A DNA stretch of 63,639 bases, filler included, from Reclinomonas americana ATCC 50394 (taxonomy: Eukaryota), in assembly GCA_048213135.1 (NCBI GenBank). It is 10 parts of 7 records of this genome, joined end to end, with 100 filler letters (N's around TTAATTAATTAA, not from the genome) between each part and the next. Parts side by side here need not be neighbours in the genome. Positions count along the whole stretch, not along the records: positions 35,259 to 41,229 come from PS015556.1; positions 41,330 to 55,135 come from PS015556.1; 8 more parts are not named here. The stretch is one strand, 5' to 3'. This document shows, in pieces, positions 40,232 through 53,299 of this stretch (positions within the stretch are counted from its first letter, which is position 1; each line of letters begins with the position of its first letter). The notes below the pieces were generated by a model. It ran no database searches. It saw nothing but the letters and a program-made list of their open reading frames with translations, and was not told the origin of the DNA. The translations under genes and the position numbers were made by a program.

Positions 40232-40896
40232 TATGGAAGGAAAAAGGGGGGGGGGGGTCTGGTGCGCGCTCACAGACCACGAGAAGAAAATGTGAACGGA
40301 AGTTGGCGGTTCCGGTGTGAGCCCGCTTTTTTTCGCGAAATTTGCGGGTCCGATCGGGTGATGATGAGGCCCGCTCCTCAGCAGCTGTTTGCACACTCAT
40401 CATCTGTGTGTGATGATTATGAATGTCAACGTAAACGCGTGCCATGGCGCGCACGGCAAAGCGGTTGGATCGGGATCGTCACACTTGCACATCTGTCGGG
40501 TTTGTCGTGAATCCCACAAATGGGGCCCTCCTTGTTCCAAATTCAGGACCGCAGCGGCGCATGTATTCAGACCTCACTGTAGCCGTATTCGGTCGTGCGC
40601 TGCTTGCGACAACAGCAACGCACGAGAGCCGCGATACGAATGCCGACAAAGTAGAGGAGGGCGAGCGGGAACAGGCCGCGGCCGACAGTGCACGCGAGTG
40701 GCAACATCAAGCACACGACGCAGAGGGAAAAGACTGAAAAGTGTTCGTGCAGAGCAAAGCACAGACTACCGGCCAGGGTGATGGAGCAAAGCAGAAGGGT
40801 GAGAAGGGAAAAGGAGGGAAGGAGGCAGGCATCTTTTCATGCAAAGGTCCTGGAAGTCGTGTCCTTCTCCCTCATCACACACCAACCAAAGGCAGC

Positions 40897-41022
40897 ATGC
40901 ATCGCGTCGACCGTCTTTTGCGTCACCTGCACAGCGGGCAAGTGGACACGGAAGCAAAGCCCGACGTGTTGGCAACAGAAGAGTGTGCATCCAGCGCAGC
41001 AGTGTCACTCGAGCAGTGGAAG
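40897..41022 (+). CDS. First exon of a probable peroxisomal (PTS2) protein; remainder not visible
   Basis: MHRVDRLLRHL fits R-[LVI]-x5-H-L, with a downstream Cys (EECA) and an AAG|GTAAC donor. Confidence 0.6.
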
Positions 41023-41123
41023 GTAACACGCGAATGTGAGAGAGCGAGAGAGAGAGAGTTGAGCAGAGAGAAGATGAATGATGGAGAGAGGAAGAGATGC
41101 AAGGGGGACAGGAAAGCAAGTTC

Positions 41124-41196
<73 letters not shown>

Positions 41197-41874
41197 TAGT
41201 AGAGAGAGAGAGAAGAGAGAGAGAGAGAGNNNNNNNNNNNNNNNNNNNNNNNNNNNNNNNNNNNNNNNNNNNNTTAATTAATTAANNNNNNNNNNNNNNN
41301 NNNNNNNNNNNNNNNNNNNNNNNNNNNNNCGAGAAAGAGAGAGAGACAAGTGAGAGAGAGAGACAAGTGTGTGAATGAGAGAGACAAGTGTGTGTGAGAG
41401 AGTGAGAGACAATTGAGAGAGAGCGAGAGTGACAAGTGAGAGACAAGTGTGAGAGAGACAAGTGAGAGAGACAAGTGTGAGGGAGAGAGAGAGACAAGAG
41501 TGTGAGAGAGAGACAAGTGAGCAAGACAAGTGAGCGACATTTCACGCCTCAACAAACACAAACACAAAGACACACAAACAAAAGCACACACACAGAGAGA
41601 CAGAGACACGCGCATGCATGCACACAACCAGTGAGACAACGAGCGCACCATACACGCGACCAGGGCGACCTGCCATGTTGCACTTTTGTCTTGCAAAAAC
41701 CTGCACCCGCGCGCACACACACACACCGTCACGCACACACACACAAAGACACACACAGAGACACAACACAACATGCCTGCGACACACACTCTCTCTCTCT
41801 CTCTCGTGTGAGTGAGTGAAAGTTGTCCTGCTTGTCATCAAAGTCACTTATGGAGAGAAGACCGCGCTCACATC

Positions 41875-44800
41875 ATGAGTCGCGCACGCCGACTAAACGA
41901 ATATGATGACGACGGTGGTGGCGAGGATGCAAGAGCAGAAGAAGAAGAAGAAGAAGAGGAGGAGGAAGTGTTTGAGTTTGAAGAGGCGATGGGCATGAGA
42001 GGCAGCGGAGAAGAAGGCGCTTCTGATGTTGGTGGTGTTGTTGTTGATGAGGAAGAGCAGCTGCGACTGTTGCGCTTGGTGTATGAGTGTGGAGGGTTTG
42101 AGTCGTCGGATTGTGGAGATGATGATGACGACGAGGGTGCTGCTGTGGAGGCGGAGGAAGAGCAAGGTACTTTCTCACTCCTCTCTCTCTCTCACGCACA
42201 CACAAACACACACACTCTCTCTCTCTCACACACACACACACATGCACACACACACACATAAACAGTCAAGAAGGCGCAATCGCGTAACTCTCAGAACTGT
42301 GTGTATGCGCCTGCTCTCTCTCTCTCTCACACACACACATACACACACGCACACATACACGCACACGCATGAGAAAAGAGAGAGTTGATCGCGCATCTTT
42401 CTGTAAACCCCATTTTGGCTCTCTCTCTCTCCCCTCCCCGCTCTCTCACACACACACATGCATTGCCTTGGTGCACCTCCTTCCTCTTTACCCATCTACG
42501 TGGCGTGCATTGGATGACGCGGGAATTGACGTGTCGATGTCGACTGATCATATACTTCATAAACAGCACCGGCGATTGTGCTCGGCTGCTCTCCGTTTGC
42601 GAGTCGCCTGAGCGGCGCGGCGATGAGTGGGAATCACACGGAGGATGAGGCGTCGTCGGATGTGAGTGGGAGTTTGCTGTCGGATGAGGAACTGGTGCTG
42701 CGCATGGTGTCGTCGTCGCGCGTGATGCGGAGCTCGCGGCACTCGCGACACCATCACCACCACCATCATCACAGCCATCATCACAATCATCATCACCATG
42801 CTCACCATCAGCAGCTGCATGGACGCGGTGGTGGGCATAGTGGTGGGTCGTCGTCGTCGTCCACATTCGGTGGAGGCGGTGGTGATGATTCGATGGGATC
42901 GGGGACAATGTCGGCACTGACTGGCCGTCTCTCCAAGTCGCGTGCGCAGCGTGTGGCCAACACGGAGCGTGTGCTGGCGGCGCGCGATCGGGCCGAGGAT
43001 GTACTGCTGCCGTCGCCCCCGGCCGCCGGCAGTGTGTTGAACCCGGAGGAGGGCGGTGGTGGCGGCGGTGGTGGAGGTGGAAGTGGATCGGCGGCCAGTA
43101 CGCCGTCGGCGGCAGCGGGAGCGGCGGTGCCGGCAATGTTCACGTCGCTATTCGAGGAGCTCAGGCCCTCGTACACGCCGCCGCCGTCGGTGCCGCGTCC
43201 GACTCTGCCGTATGTGTACACGTGTCGCATTTGCGAGTCGGCTTGGCGAGAGGAGCGATTTCTGACGCTGTCGGCGTGCGGTCACCGCGCGTGCCTCGAC
43301 TGCATGCGGCAGTATCTGCAGTCGCGAGTCGATGATCGGCGGCTACGGCAGATCCCCTGTCCGTTTTGCCGAAAGCAGATGAGGATTTGGGAGGTGTGTT
43401 TTTTGCTTGACACATCAGAGAAAAACACAGACCTTCGTGCTCATTTTTCTCCCCCCCCTCATGTCATGGCAGGCCCGTCGTGCCCTGGGCGAAGACGGCT
43501 TTGTGCGCATGCTCGACCGCATGTGTGACCAGTACCTCAGCACGGCGCCCGACGTGCGCGTGTGCCCCGGAGTCGATTGTGGCGTGGCGGTGGCCGGCGC
43601 TCCCTGCAATGAGCGCGTCGAATGCCACGCGTGCGGTATTCCGTGGTGCTTCCGGTGTGGTGTGCCGTACCACGAGGGCCTCTCGTGTCGCGAGGATTCG
43701 TCGCGGCGCCTGTCCGGCGACGAAGTGGCCGCCTGGGTCCGCAAGCACACCACGCCGTGCCCGCAGTGCGCGGTGCCGCTGGTCAAGTACAGTGCCGATT
43801 GCGACGGCGTGCGGTGTCCGCGGTGCGAGTTTGAGTTTTGCTTCCGCTGCCGCCGCGCCATGCGCGATCACACCAGCTGTGTGGTACCGGGGACTGCGGC
43901 GGCGGCGGCGGCGGCTGCTGCACCCCAGCCACGCTCATCGTTGTCTCCTGTCGTCTCCCGCGCAACCTCGATCAACTCGACCTCGTCGCTCCCGTCGCGA
44001 CCTCCGCCGTCGTCGCCGTCCGGGATCAGCAACGGCAGTGGTGGTGGTGGTAGACGTGTCGGTGGTGGTGGTAACTCGCCTGTCGCGGCCGCCCGCCTGA
44101 CCACGTGGCCGCCCGCGCCCGACAACCGCGCAGTGCCCGTGCATGTCGCCGTTGGGTTTCACCCGTGGATGGCCACGCCGAGCCCGCAGCCGGTGCAGGG
44201 TGCGGTGGCCGAGCATTTTGTGTCGGACGAGGAGGAGGAGGATGAGGGGCACGGCACTGACGAGGAGGTGCAAGTGAATGCGGTGGCTGCGCCGTCGCCG
44301 GCTGTACCCGCTGCAGCGCGGTACCACTTTAGCTTCTTGCGCGGCGCGGCCGACACGTCGGATGGTACACTGGAGTCGTCGCGCTCAGAGGGCGGCGATT
44401 TCTTTGACGAGAGCGACGACGACGACGACGACGATGATGACGATGGCGGTGACGACGACGATGACGATGACTATGATGGTGATCGTCATCGCGTGCCCGT
44501 GTCTCTTCCACCTGGCTGGCCGCACCATGCGGCGCCGCGAACGTTGGCGTTTGGCGATATCATGTCGCCGTTTGCGTCGACCGGATCCACCGACAGGCGA
44601 TTCCCCGTAAGGTGTGTGTGTGTGTGTGTGTGCTCTGATTCGGACAAGTGACGTGGCGCGTGTTTCCTCATGTTACTTTCCCTCCGCAGCATGTCGTCTG
44701 TCCTTGGCATTGACGACGCGGCCGATGGCGATGTGGAGACATCGCCGGCCGTCAAGGATGCGCACTACAATCCGTTTTCGGCGTTTGACTTGCCAGTCGC

Positions 44801-45134
44801 GCGCGCCGAAAACGGTGCAGGGGAAAATGCAGCGGGGTCCGGTTCTCGAAAACGGCGCAAGCGGACCGGGCGCAAGCGGCGGAAGAAGAGGGGAGCAGCA
44901 GCAGCAGCAGCCGCAGCCACGGCAGTCGATGGCGACTGCTTGGAGCTGCCGGTTCCGTCGGTGGACGCTGCATTCCTGACGCGCACTCCATCGTCGCCAT
45001 CCAACGCGTCTCGTGCGGGTAGCAGCGCACGAGCACAGTTGTCGGCATCGACACGCTCCGTGGCCGTCGTCAACGCCGCCGGCAACGTCGACATTCTGCC
45101 TGTGGAGCGGTTCCAGCAGCAGCGACGTCGTTGA
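41875..45134 (+). CDS. RBR (RING1-IBR-RING2) E3 ubiquitin ligase, 4 exons
   Basis: CRIC...CGHRACLDC...CPFC (RING1); CPGVDC...CHAC...CFRC...H...C (IBR); CPQC...DCDGVRCPRC...FCFRC (RING2); acidic and poly-His tracts. Confidence 0.9.
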
Positions 45135-45309
45135 CGCATGCATGCGTGCGTTTGTTTGTTTGTTTGTTTAAGTGTGATAAGACAGATTGTTTTGTGATTG
45201 TTTAATGATGTCTGTAAGAGAGAGAAAGGGGAGCCTGAGTGGTTTTGTGGGTCTCAATTATAAAAGAAAATCGAATGATGGTGATCATGTCCTCCTCCCC
45301 TTATCAACA

Positions 45310-47543
45310 ATGACTCTGAGTGCACTGCGACTGCCACCGTTGCCTTCGCTGCGTGAGCTGCTGCGTCTGTATGGACTGAGGGCGACCAAGGCGCTCAGTC
45401 AGAACTTTCTGCTGGATCAGCGACTGTGTGATCGCATTGTGCGTTGCAGTGGCGATGTTGCAGGCAAGGTGGCGCTGGAGATTGGGCCAGGTGTGAGGAG
45501 GGGAAGGGAGAGAGGGGAGAAGGGGAGGAGAGGGAGAGAGAGAGAGAGGGAGGGGGTGGGGAGGAGAGAGAGAGAGAGAGAGAGGAGGAGAGAGAGAAGC
45601 AGAGAAGGAGAGCGCAAAGATTAAGGAACGACCTGAATGACAGAGAAGAAAGGGAAGATGAAGATATGCATGCCTTTACCTGCCTCTCACCCTCCTTCTC
45701 TCTCCCTCTCTTCAGGCCCCGGCAGTCTCACCCGCTCTCTCCTCTCCTCCGGTGCCTCTCGCGTGCTGGCCGTGGAGAAGGACACGCGATTCCGTGGTAT
45801 GCTGGAGATGTTGCAGCAGGCGACTGTCCTCGAGACCTCTCCTTCTTCTCCTGCTGCGTCTGCTCCATCGCTGCTGCACGTGGAGTACGCCGACATTCTG
45901 CACGTGGAGGCCACGCGACTGCGTGAGCTGCTGGGCGACACGAGTCGCGGACTGGTGGTGGTCGGCAACTTGCCGTTCAACATTGCCACTCCGCTCATGC
46001 TGAGCTGGTTGGGCGACATTGGGAGGCGACAGGGTCTCTTTGCGGTGACGCATGATGGTGGTGTGCCGCCGCCAGTGCTCACGCTCATGTTTCAGCGGGA
46101 AGTCGGAGAAGTTGCGGGGTGGTGGAAAAGGAGGGGAAGGAGGGCGATTGCTCATTCGTGTGTCATCGGCAGCGCATGTTTGCTGCTCCGGGGACGCGGG
46201 AGTATGGGCGACTGGCGGTCATGACGCAGCACTTTTGCGAGGGTCGTGTGGCCATGATTGTGAAGGGGGCGTCGTTTGTGCCGCCGCCGAAGGTCGACGC
46301 TGCGGTGATCACGGTGCAGCCGCGGCGGCAGTTCCTCACCGAGGCGTCGTTTGATGATTTGGAGGTGGTGTGCCGGGTGTTGTTTACGCAGCGGAAGAAG
46401 ATGCTGAGGAGCTTGGTGGGGTGAGTGGGGGAGAAGGGGGATAAGGGGGGAAGGGAGGGGGAGGGGGAGGGAATGGGTAACGGCACGCAATCGGAACAGC
46501 GTGGAAACTAGATGGCGGAGGGAGTGGAAAGGTGGGAGTGAGAGGAGAGAGAGAGAGAGAGAGAGAGAAAAGATGATGATGAAGAAGAAGCGGAGGAGTG
46601 AGGAGGCAGAGAAACAGAAAGTATTGCGAGGGTGACATAAGATGCTGTGTGCGGCGGAGTCGCACTGTGGAAAAAGAAACAGAGTAAGCGAACTGAGAGT
46701 AAGTTCTGCATGTTCCGTGGCCAGAGCACGTAGTGTGGGACTGCGGCTGCAGCTGGCGTTGATGTAGTCGCCCGTGCACAGACAAGTGCCGTCAGTCTTG
46801 CACGTTCCGTAACCGGAGCACGTGGTAGTGGGGCTGCAGTTGCAGCTGGCATTGGTGTAGTCGCCCGTGCACAAACAAGTGCCGTCACTCTTGCACGTTC
46901 CGTGGCCAGAGCATGTGGTGGTGGGACTGTAGTTGCAACTGGCGTTGGTGTAGTCGCCAGTGCACAGACACGTGCCGTCAGTCTTGCATGTACCGTGGCC
47001 AGAGCACGTCGCACTGGGACTGCAGTTGCAGTTGGCATTGGTGTAGTCGCCAGTGCACAGACATGTGCCATTGGCATTGCACGTTCCGTGACCAGAGCAC
47101 GTGGTAGTGGGACTGCAGTTGCAACTGGCATTGGTGTAGTCACCCGTGCACGGACATGTGCCATCAGTCTTGCACGTTCCGTGACCAGAGCATGTGGTGG
47201 TGGGACTGCAGTTGCAGCTGGCATTGGTGTAGTCACCAATGCACTGGCACGTTTCTTCGGGGTTGCATGTTCCATGCCCAGAGCACGTAATCGGTGATGC
47301 ACCTCATCGTCATCGTACTGACCCTCCTTCGCCCCCGTCTACAGTTCACTGTTCCCGGAGACAGACAATCCGGTGGCGTTGCTGGAGTCGCTGCAGGCCG
47401 GCCTGCGAGAGGATATCAGGCCGATGCACATGACGCCGTCGCAGGTCGGCGTACTGGCCATGGCTTACGGACAGCGGAAACGAGCCCACGGAGAGACATC
47501 GACAGCTGTGCAGAGATTACCTGCAGAAGAAGAAGAAGAATAA
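45310..47543 (+). CDS. TFB1M: Mitochondrial rRNA dimethyladenosine transferase (KsgA/TFB1M type), 4 exons
   Basis: LRLPPLPSLRELLRLYGLRATKALSQNFLLD, EIGPGPGSLTR, VVGNLPFNIATPL, FQREVGER, SFVPPPKVDAAV; last exon 47345-47543 (SLFP...IRP). Confidence 0.9.
46705..47295 (-). pseudogene. Six-plus 93-bp tandem repeats encoding EGF-like modules, antisense within TFB1M intron 3
   Basis: Unit CSGHGTCKTDGTCLCTGDYTNASCNCSPTTT; in-frame stop just upstream, frameshift in the last unit. Confidence 0.8.
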
Positions 47544-47661
47544 AGGCCAAGGAATCCATATAGAACCGCAGCTGTTACACGGCTCGAAAAAGGCGACTTC
47601 GCGACGTCAGTCTCATAAATACGAGGAGGACGATTTCCACACTCCGAGGTCAGAGAGAGAG

Positions 47662-48153
47662 ATGGCGAGTCGTGTGATCCAGTTCCTCACTGAGCACTGT
47701 TGCGTACTCACTCAGGGAAGGGAGAGTGCCACCTCTCGCTCTCTCTCTCTCTCTCAATCTCTCTCACTCGCTCTCTTTCTCTTCACTGTGTCTCTCTTCT
47801 CTCTCTCTCTTCTCTCACTCTCTTCTCTCTCTCTCTTCACTGTATCAGACTCATCTGTCTCTTCATTGCTCTCGCCCTCTGTCTTCTCTCTTCTCTCTCT
47901 CTCACTCCCTTTTCTCACTCTCTCTCACTCTCTCTCTCTCTCTCTTTTCTCTGACTCTCTTCTCACTCTCTCTCTCTTTCTCAGTGTTCAACCGCGCGGT
48001 GAGCTCTGAGGGCTTCCAGCGCTTTGCCAAGCGCACTGGAGAGACCATCTATCATGTGCAACAGACAGGCAGGTTGCCGCCTTCTGAGCCACTGGATAAG
48101 GCGGTGGGAGAGTTGAAGAGGATTGGGCGCATTTTGAAGGAGGTGAGGAGGAG

Positions 48154-48195
<42 letters not shown>

Positions 48196-49085
48196 GGTAA
48201 GGAAGGAAGAGAGAGAAGAAGACGACGTACGTGTAGACGACGACGGACGGGTACGGGACGGAACGGAACGACGACGTAGTCGGTTACGGTAGGTACGGTA
48301 CGACGAGAGGTAGGAGAGGAGGACGGTACGTACGTAANNNNNNNNNNNNNNNNNNNNNNNNNNNNNNNNNNNNNNNNNNNNNNNNNNNNNNNNNNNNNNN
48401 NNNNNNNNNNNNNNNNNNNNNNNNNNNNNNNNNNNNNNNNNNNNNNNNNNNNNNNNNNNNNNNNNNNNNNNNNNNNNNNNNNNNNNNNNNNNNNNNNNNN
48501 NNNNNNNNNNNNNNNNNNNNNNNNNNNNNNNNNNNNNNNNNNNNNNNNNNNNNNNNNNNNNNNNNNNNNNNNNNNNNNNNNNNNNNNNNNNNNNNNNNNN
48601 NNNNNNNNNNNNNNNNNNNNNNNNNNNNNNNNNNNNNNNNNNNNNNNNNNNNNNNNNNNNNNNNNNNNNNNNNNNNNNNNNNNNNNNNNNNNNNNNNNNN
48701 NNNNNNNNNNNNNNNNNNNNNNNNNNNNNNNNNNNNNNNNNNNNNNNNNNNNNNNNNNNNNNNNNNNNNNNNNNNNNNNNNNNNNNNNNNNNNNNNNNNN
48801 NNNNNNNNNNNNNNNNNNNNNNNNNNNNNNNNNNNNNNNNNNNNNNNNNNNNNNNNNNNNNNNNNNNNNNNNNNNNNNNNNNNNNNNNNNNNNNNNNNNN
48901 NNNNNNNNNNNNNNNNNNNNNNNNNNNNNNNNNNNNNNNNNNNNNNNNNNNNNNNNNNNNNNNNNNNNNNNNNNNNNNNNNNNNNNNNNNNNNNNNNNNN
49001 NNNNNNNNNNNNNNNNNNNNNNNNNNNNNNNNNNNNGAGGTAGGTAGGTAGGTAGGAGGAGAGAGGAGGAGAGAGTACAGAGAGG

Positions 49086-49145
<60 letters not shown>

Positions 49146-50331
49146 TGGGAAAGGGAAGAAGATGAGAAAGAAGCACCTGTTGAGCAGCAGGGGGTCAGGG
49201 AACACGCATGCGTTGAGGTGTCACAGAGTGAGAGAGGAGGCCTTGAAACAAGAGAATGAGGCACAGCGCAAGGAAGGATCACAAGAGACGCACGACTTGT
49301 GTGCCTTGCTGAGCGCCAGGCCAGCTGTGTGCACTTAGTGCGAGAAAGAGACACGGGAGAAGCAATGGGATTCAAGCGGCCAGCCTGCAGAGCTTCTGTC
49401 AATGGTGTAAGAGGGACAGTGACGAGCGAGAAAGTGAGAGTGGAAGGCACTTTGGAAACTGCAGGTGCTCAACGAGCACGGAACCCCGAGAGCTGGATGA
49501 CACAGAATGGATCGCGTAGAGCACGGAAGGAGGCACATTAGAACACGCGGTGCGATTAGTTGCAAGCAACCACTAAACAAGCACTGAAACCCGAGAGAGA
49601 AAAGACACAGAAGGGATCGCGCAGAGCAGTAAGACACTCGCTTCGGAAAACGAAGCACTGCGATCCGTTACGCAGCTAGTCAGTCAGCATGCATCGAGCA
49701 CTGAAACCCGTGAGAGCGAAAAGACACAGAAGGGATCGCGCAGAGCAGTAAGACACTCGCTTCGGAAAACGAGCGCTGTAGAACGTGCAGCGCGATCAGC
49801 TACGCAGCAAGTCAGTCAGCATGCATCGAGCACTGGATATCAGAGGGAAAGACACAGAAGGGACCGCGTAGTGCATTGAGACGCGTTCACGGTTCGGAAG
49901 GATGCACTGTGAAACCTACAGCGAGATCAGTTGCAAGCAGCAAGTCAGCCTGAGCACTAAAAATCGAGTGATGACACAGAAGGGAGCACCAGGCCCCGGA
50001 TAGAGGTTGAAGCAAGGAAAGAAGGCACAGCACAGGCATTTGCAAGCTGCTTGTTAGTCAGCATGCACCCAGCGCTAAAAGTCGAGAGCTGGATGACACA
50101 CAATGGTCCATGTAGTGCAGAGTTGCACGGAAAAGGATGAGTGGAAGAGTAAGCCAGTCAGCATAGTAGCGCAGAAGGACGTGCACCTCGCTGCACGACG
50201 TCGATCCCACTCACTCCGAGCCTCTCTCTCTCTCTACTCTCCCACAGGAAACCAAACGCGAGTTCCAGCCAACCAAAAAGCAAAGTAAAAAACACAACTT
50301 AGATCGTTCGTGTCTGACGATGATTGATTGA
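47662..50331 (+). CDS. Small protein resembling the NCBP2AS2/MRX7-like family, 3 exons (last exon tentative)
   Basis: MASRVIQFLTEHLFNRAVSSEGFQRFAKRT...ILKE|ETKREF. Confidence 0.5.
49480..50150. repeat. Degenerate ~120-bp tandem repeats in an intron
   Basis: gagcactgaaacccg...aagacacagaagggatcgcgcagagcagtaagacactcgcttcggaaaacg and agtcagcatgcatcgagcac recur. Confidence 0.8.
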
Positions 50332-50413
50332 TATTGCACAAATTTTCCTCCCTATTGTTGCGTGTTTGGTTGTAGTGTGTGACTGTGTGCGTGTGTGTGA
50401 GTGAGTGAGAGGA

Positions 50414-53250
50414 ATGGCCAGTGGGGGCATTGATAGATGCCCAGTGTGTTCTGGCGAGTATGTGCCCTGTGATCCTCATTTGAGGCCAGTGGTGAGTCTC
50501 ACACACACGCACTCCCACTCGCACGCGTGTATTGCTGCATGTGTATGTCTCACACGCATACACACACGTGCGCAGAGAGCGAGAGAGAGAGCACATGTGA
50601 GAGAGTGAGTGAGAGTGAGAGTTCGGAACACGCGCGGACACTTGCATGTGTGTGCGTGTGTGAGAAGAGAGTTGCTCCTTGCTGAGCAGTGAGCATAGGC
50701 GTTGTGTAGTTGAGCCAAAGTCACGCCTTATCTGCACATGCTGGTGTGCAGACACACAACTTGTGACGCANNNNNNNNNNNNNNNNNNNNGAGAGAGAGA
50801 GAGAGGCATATAGAGAAAGCACACGCGGACAGTGTAACATCGGTGACTGATGAAGACACTTGTTGTCTTGTGCTCACTCACTCACACACTCTCACTCTCT
50901 TCCCCCTTCACACACACACACACACACACACATACACACACACACACACTTCTGCACACTAAGCAAGTGACCCTCTCATCCTTGTCTGTCAGTTCACTCT
51001 GACAACACGGCCATCCCATCTCACTCGCACTCTCCTCATCTCCGTTGCAGGTGCTCACGGGGTGCGGACACCCTCTGTGCATTGGATGCGCGATGAGCAT
51101 CAAGCAGCGTACTGGACTGTGTCCGCTGTGTCGCAAGGCGTACCCGGAGTTGCGTTGTTGAGAGACGAGAGAGAGAGACTGTGTGTATCTCACCGATCGC
51201 ATGCGTGTTGCAGCTACGTCCCCAACTACTCTCTAGAGCAGCACTTGGAGATGAGGCGAGCGCCTCCTGCTCGACAGGCCCCATCTGCTGCGGCGCCTGC
51301 TGCGTTGCGTCACTGCACACACTCTCGCTCACTCTGTCTGTCACACTCACTCACTCACCCTCTCTTTCTCTCTCTCTATCTCTCTTCCGCAGTCGCGACG
51401 ACGGGCTGCTCTTTCACGCTGCCTCGGTACCAGCTGACCCGGTGGGCTCACCACCACCGATCACGAACCAGAGGAGTGCCCTCACCTTTACCGCGGCGTC
51501 GCGGGAGAACAGTCGCAGTGCGGCGGCGGGGGCGGCGCGAGGTCCCAGTGGCTCACAGCTGCGCTCCCCGGAAGTCGATGCTGCGTCGATGTCCGGCAGC
51601 CACGGCTCGCACGATGAGGGGGAGGCCACGTCGGAGTGGTTGTTGGCGACCGCCGATCCCGAGAGTGTGTTGGATATTTTGCCGCACTGGAGTTCACGTT
51701 GCGTTGGAGGGAAAGGGAGAGGCTTGTTTATCTGTTCTGTCATTCTTCACTCTCTGTGTGATTCACCGTGATACACTTTCTCTCTCTAGTCGCTGTGTGC
51801 GTGTGTGTCAACTTGCTCTCCTCATCTTGACACTCTGCTTTCTTCATGCTCTCCGTGATTCGCCGTGATCCTCTCTCTCTCTCTCTCTGACGCTGTGAGC
51901 TGTGGTGTGCGTGCCTGTCGGGTTCTTGCTTGCTTTCCTGATTTTCACGCTCTGCTTTCTTCACTCTGTGCTTTATCGGGATGCACTCTCTCTCTCTCTC
52001 TTTCACACACACACACACTCTTTCTTTCCCCCCATACTGTGCGAGTCGTTGTGCGCGTCTGTCGAGTTCTCACTTGCGTTCCTCATTTTTCACACGCCGC
52101 TCTCTCTCTCTCTCTCTCTGGCTGTCTTTCCCTTTTCTCTCCCCTCTTCCTCTCTTCCTCTCTCTCCCTTTCCCTCTCCTTTCCCTTTCCCTATCTCCTT
52201 TCCTCCCTTCCCCTTTCTCAACCCTCCCCCTTCCCGCAGTGTTCCGCAACCCCGCCGCCGTGGACGACTCGCACGTCCCGCAGCTCGCCTACTGCGTGAA
52301 AAAGTACGCCCATCTCGACAATATCGTGCAAGCCTGCTGTGAGGTCCTCGACGTCATTGCCACCGTCAATACGCCGTACGGCAGCCAGCTTGGTCGACAA
52401 GCGTTCCCTGCGCTGCTTAGCATTGTTGTTACGACAACGTTGCGTTTCTGTAGTCGCTTGCCTCTCCCTTCTCGCGTCTCCTGTCTCACTCGCTTTGACA
52501 GTGGCCCCTCCGCGGCCGCCGCTGTCTCCACCGCGGCCAACATTATGAAATTGCCCACTGCACGTGTCGACATGCTACGGCACGTGGACCGTCTTCGTTC
52601 GCTTCTCGACTGTGCACTCGCTGAAGACGGCCGCGCACTGGCTGCCAAGGCACTGGAGATTATTGCATACACCGTGCAGGATGGTATAATTGTGTCGGAA
52701 GGACGACGACGCTGTATGTGGATGCTGATTGTCTCTCGCAGATTCTTTGTCGGGGGAGCTTGGCGGGTACGGTTGCGTGGATCAGATCAACGAGCGGTGG
52801 GGTGCGCTCAGTGCGGATCCGGCCTGCTTTGCCAGTCTCTGCATGGTGTGGTCGTCGCTCTCGTCGAACGTCGAATTTGCGCCACTGCTGGGATCGGCCA
52901 GCTCGTTTGAGCGACTGCTGCTCGGCTGTCGCCAACACCGACTGAATGCGCGAGCCTGTGGCGCCGGACTGCGAGCACTGTGCACGCTGTGTGAACAAGG
53001 TGTGTGTGGATGAGAGAGCGTGGCTCTTCTCCTTTTTTCACTGTTGTGTGACTGAATGCACTTCAACTGCAGCGCATAATAAGCGCAAGTTTTCGGAGCT
53101 TCAAGGACCTGCCGCGGTGCTGGAGTTGGTGTGCGAGTCGACGCTGGATCCGGATGTGTTGTCTGTGGTTTCCAGCTTCCTGTGCTCGCTGTTGCAAGAT
53201 GGTGAGTGTGGAAGAGGGAGAGAGGGGGGGAGGGAGGGGGAGAGAGAGGG

Positions 53251-53299
<49 letters not shown>

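Noticed and set aside
40444..40896. ORFs 40444-40737 and 40741-41196 separated by one TGA as recoding
   Set aside because: No recognisable protein motif upstream of the PTS2 ATG; more likely UTR or promoter sequence
49480..50150. Repeat arrays here and at 250-920 as CRISPR-like arrays
   Set aside because: Whole units are homologous and degenerate, with no constant repeat plus unique spacer pattern; eukaryotic intronic context and no cas genes
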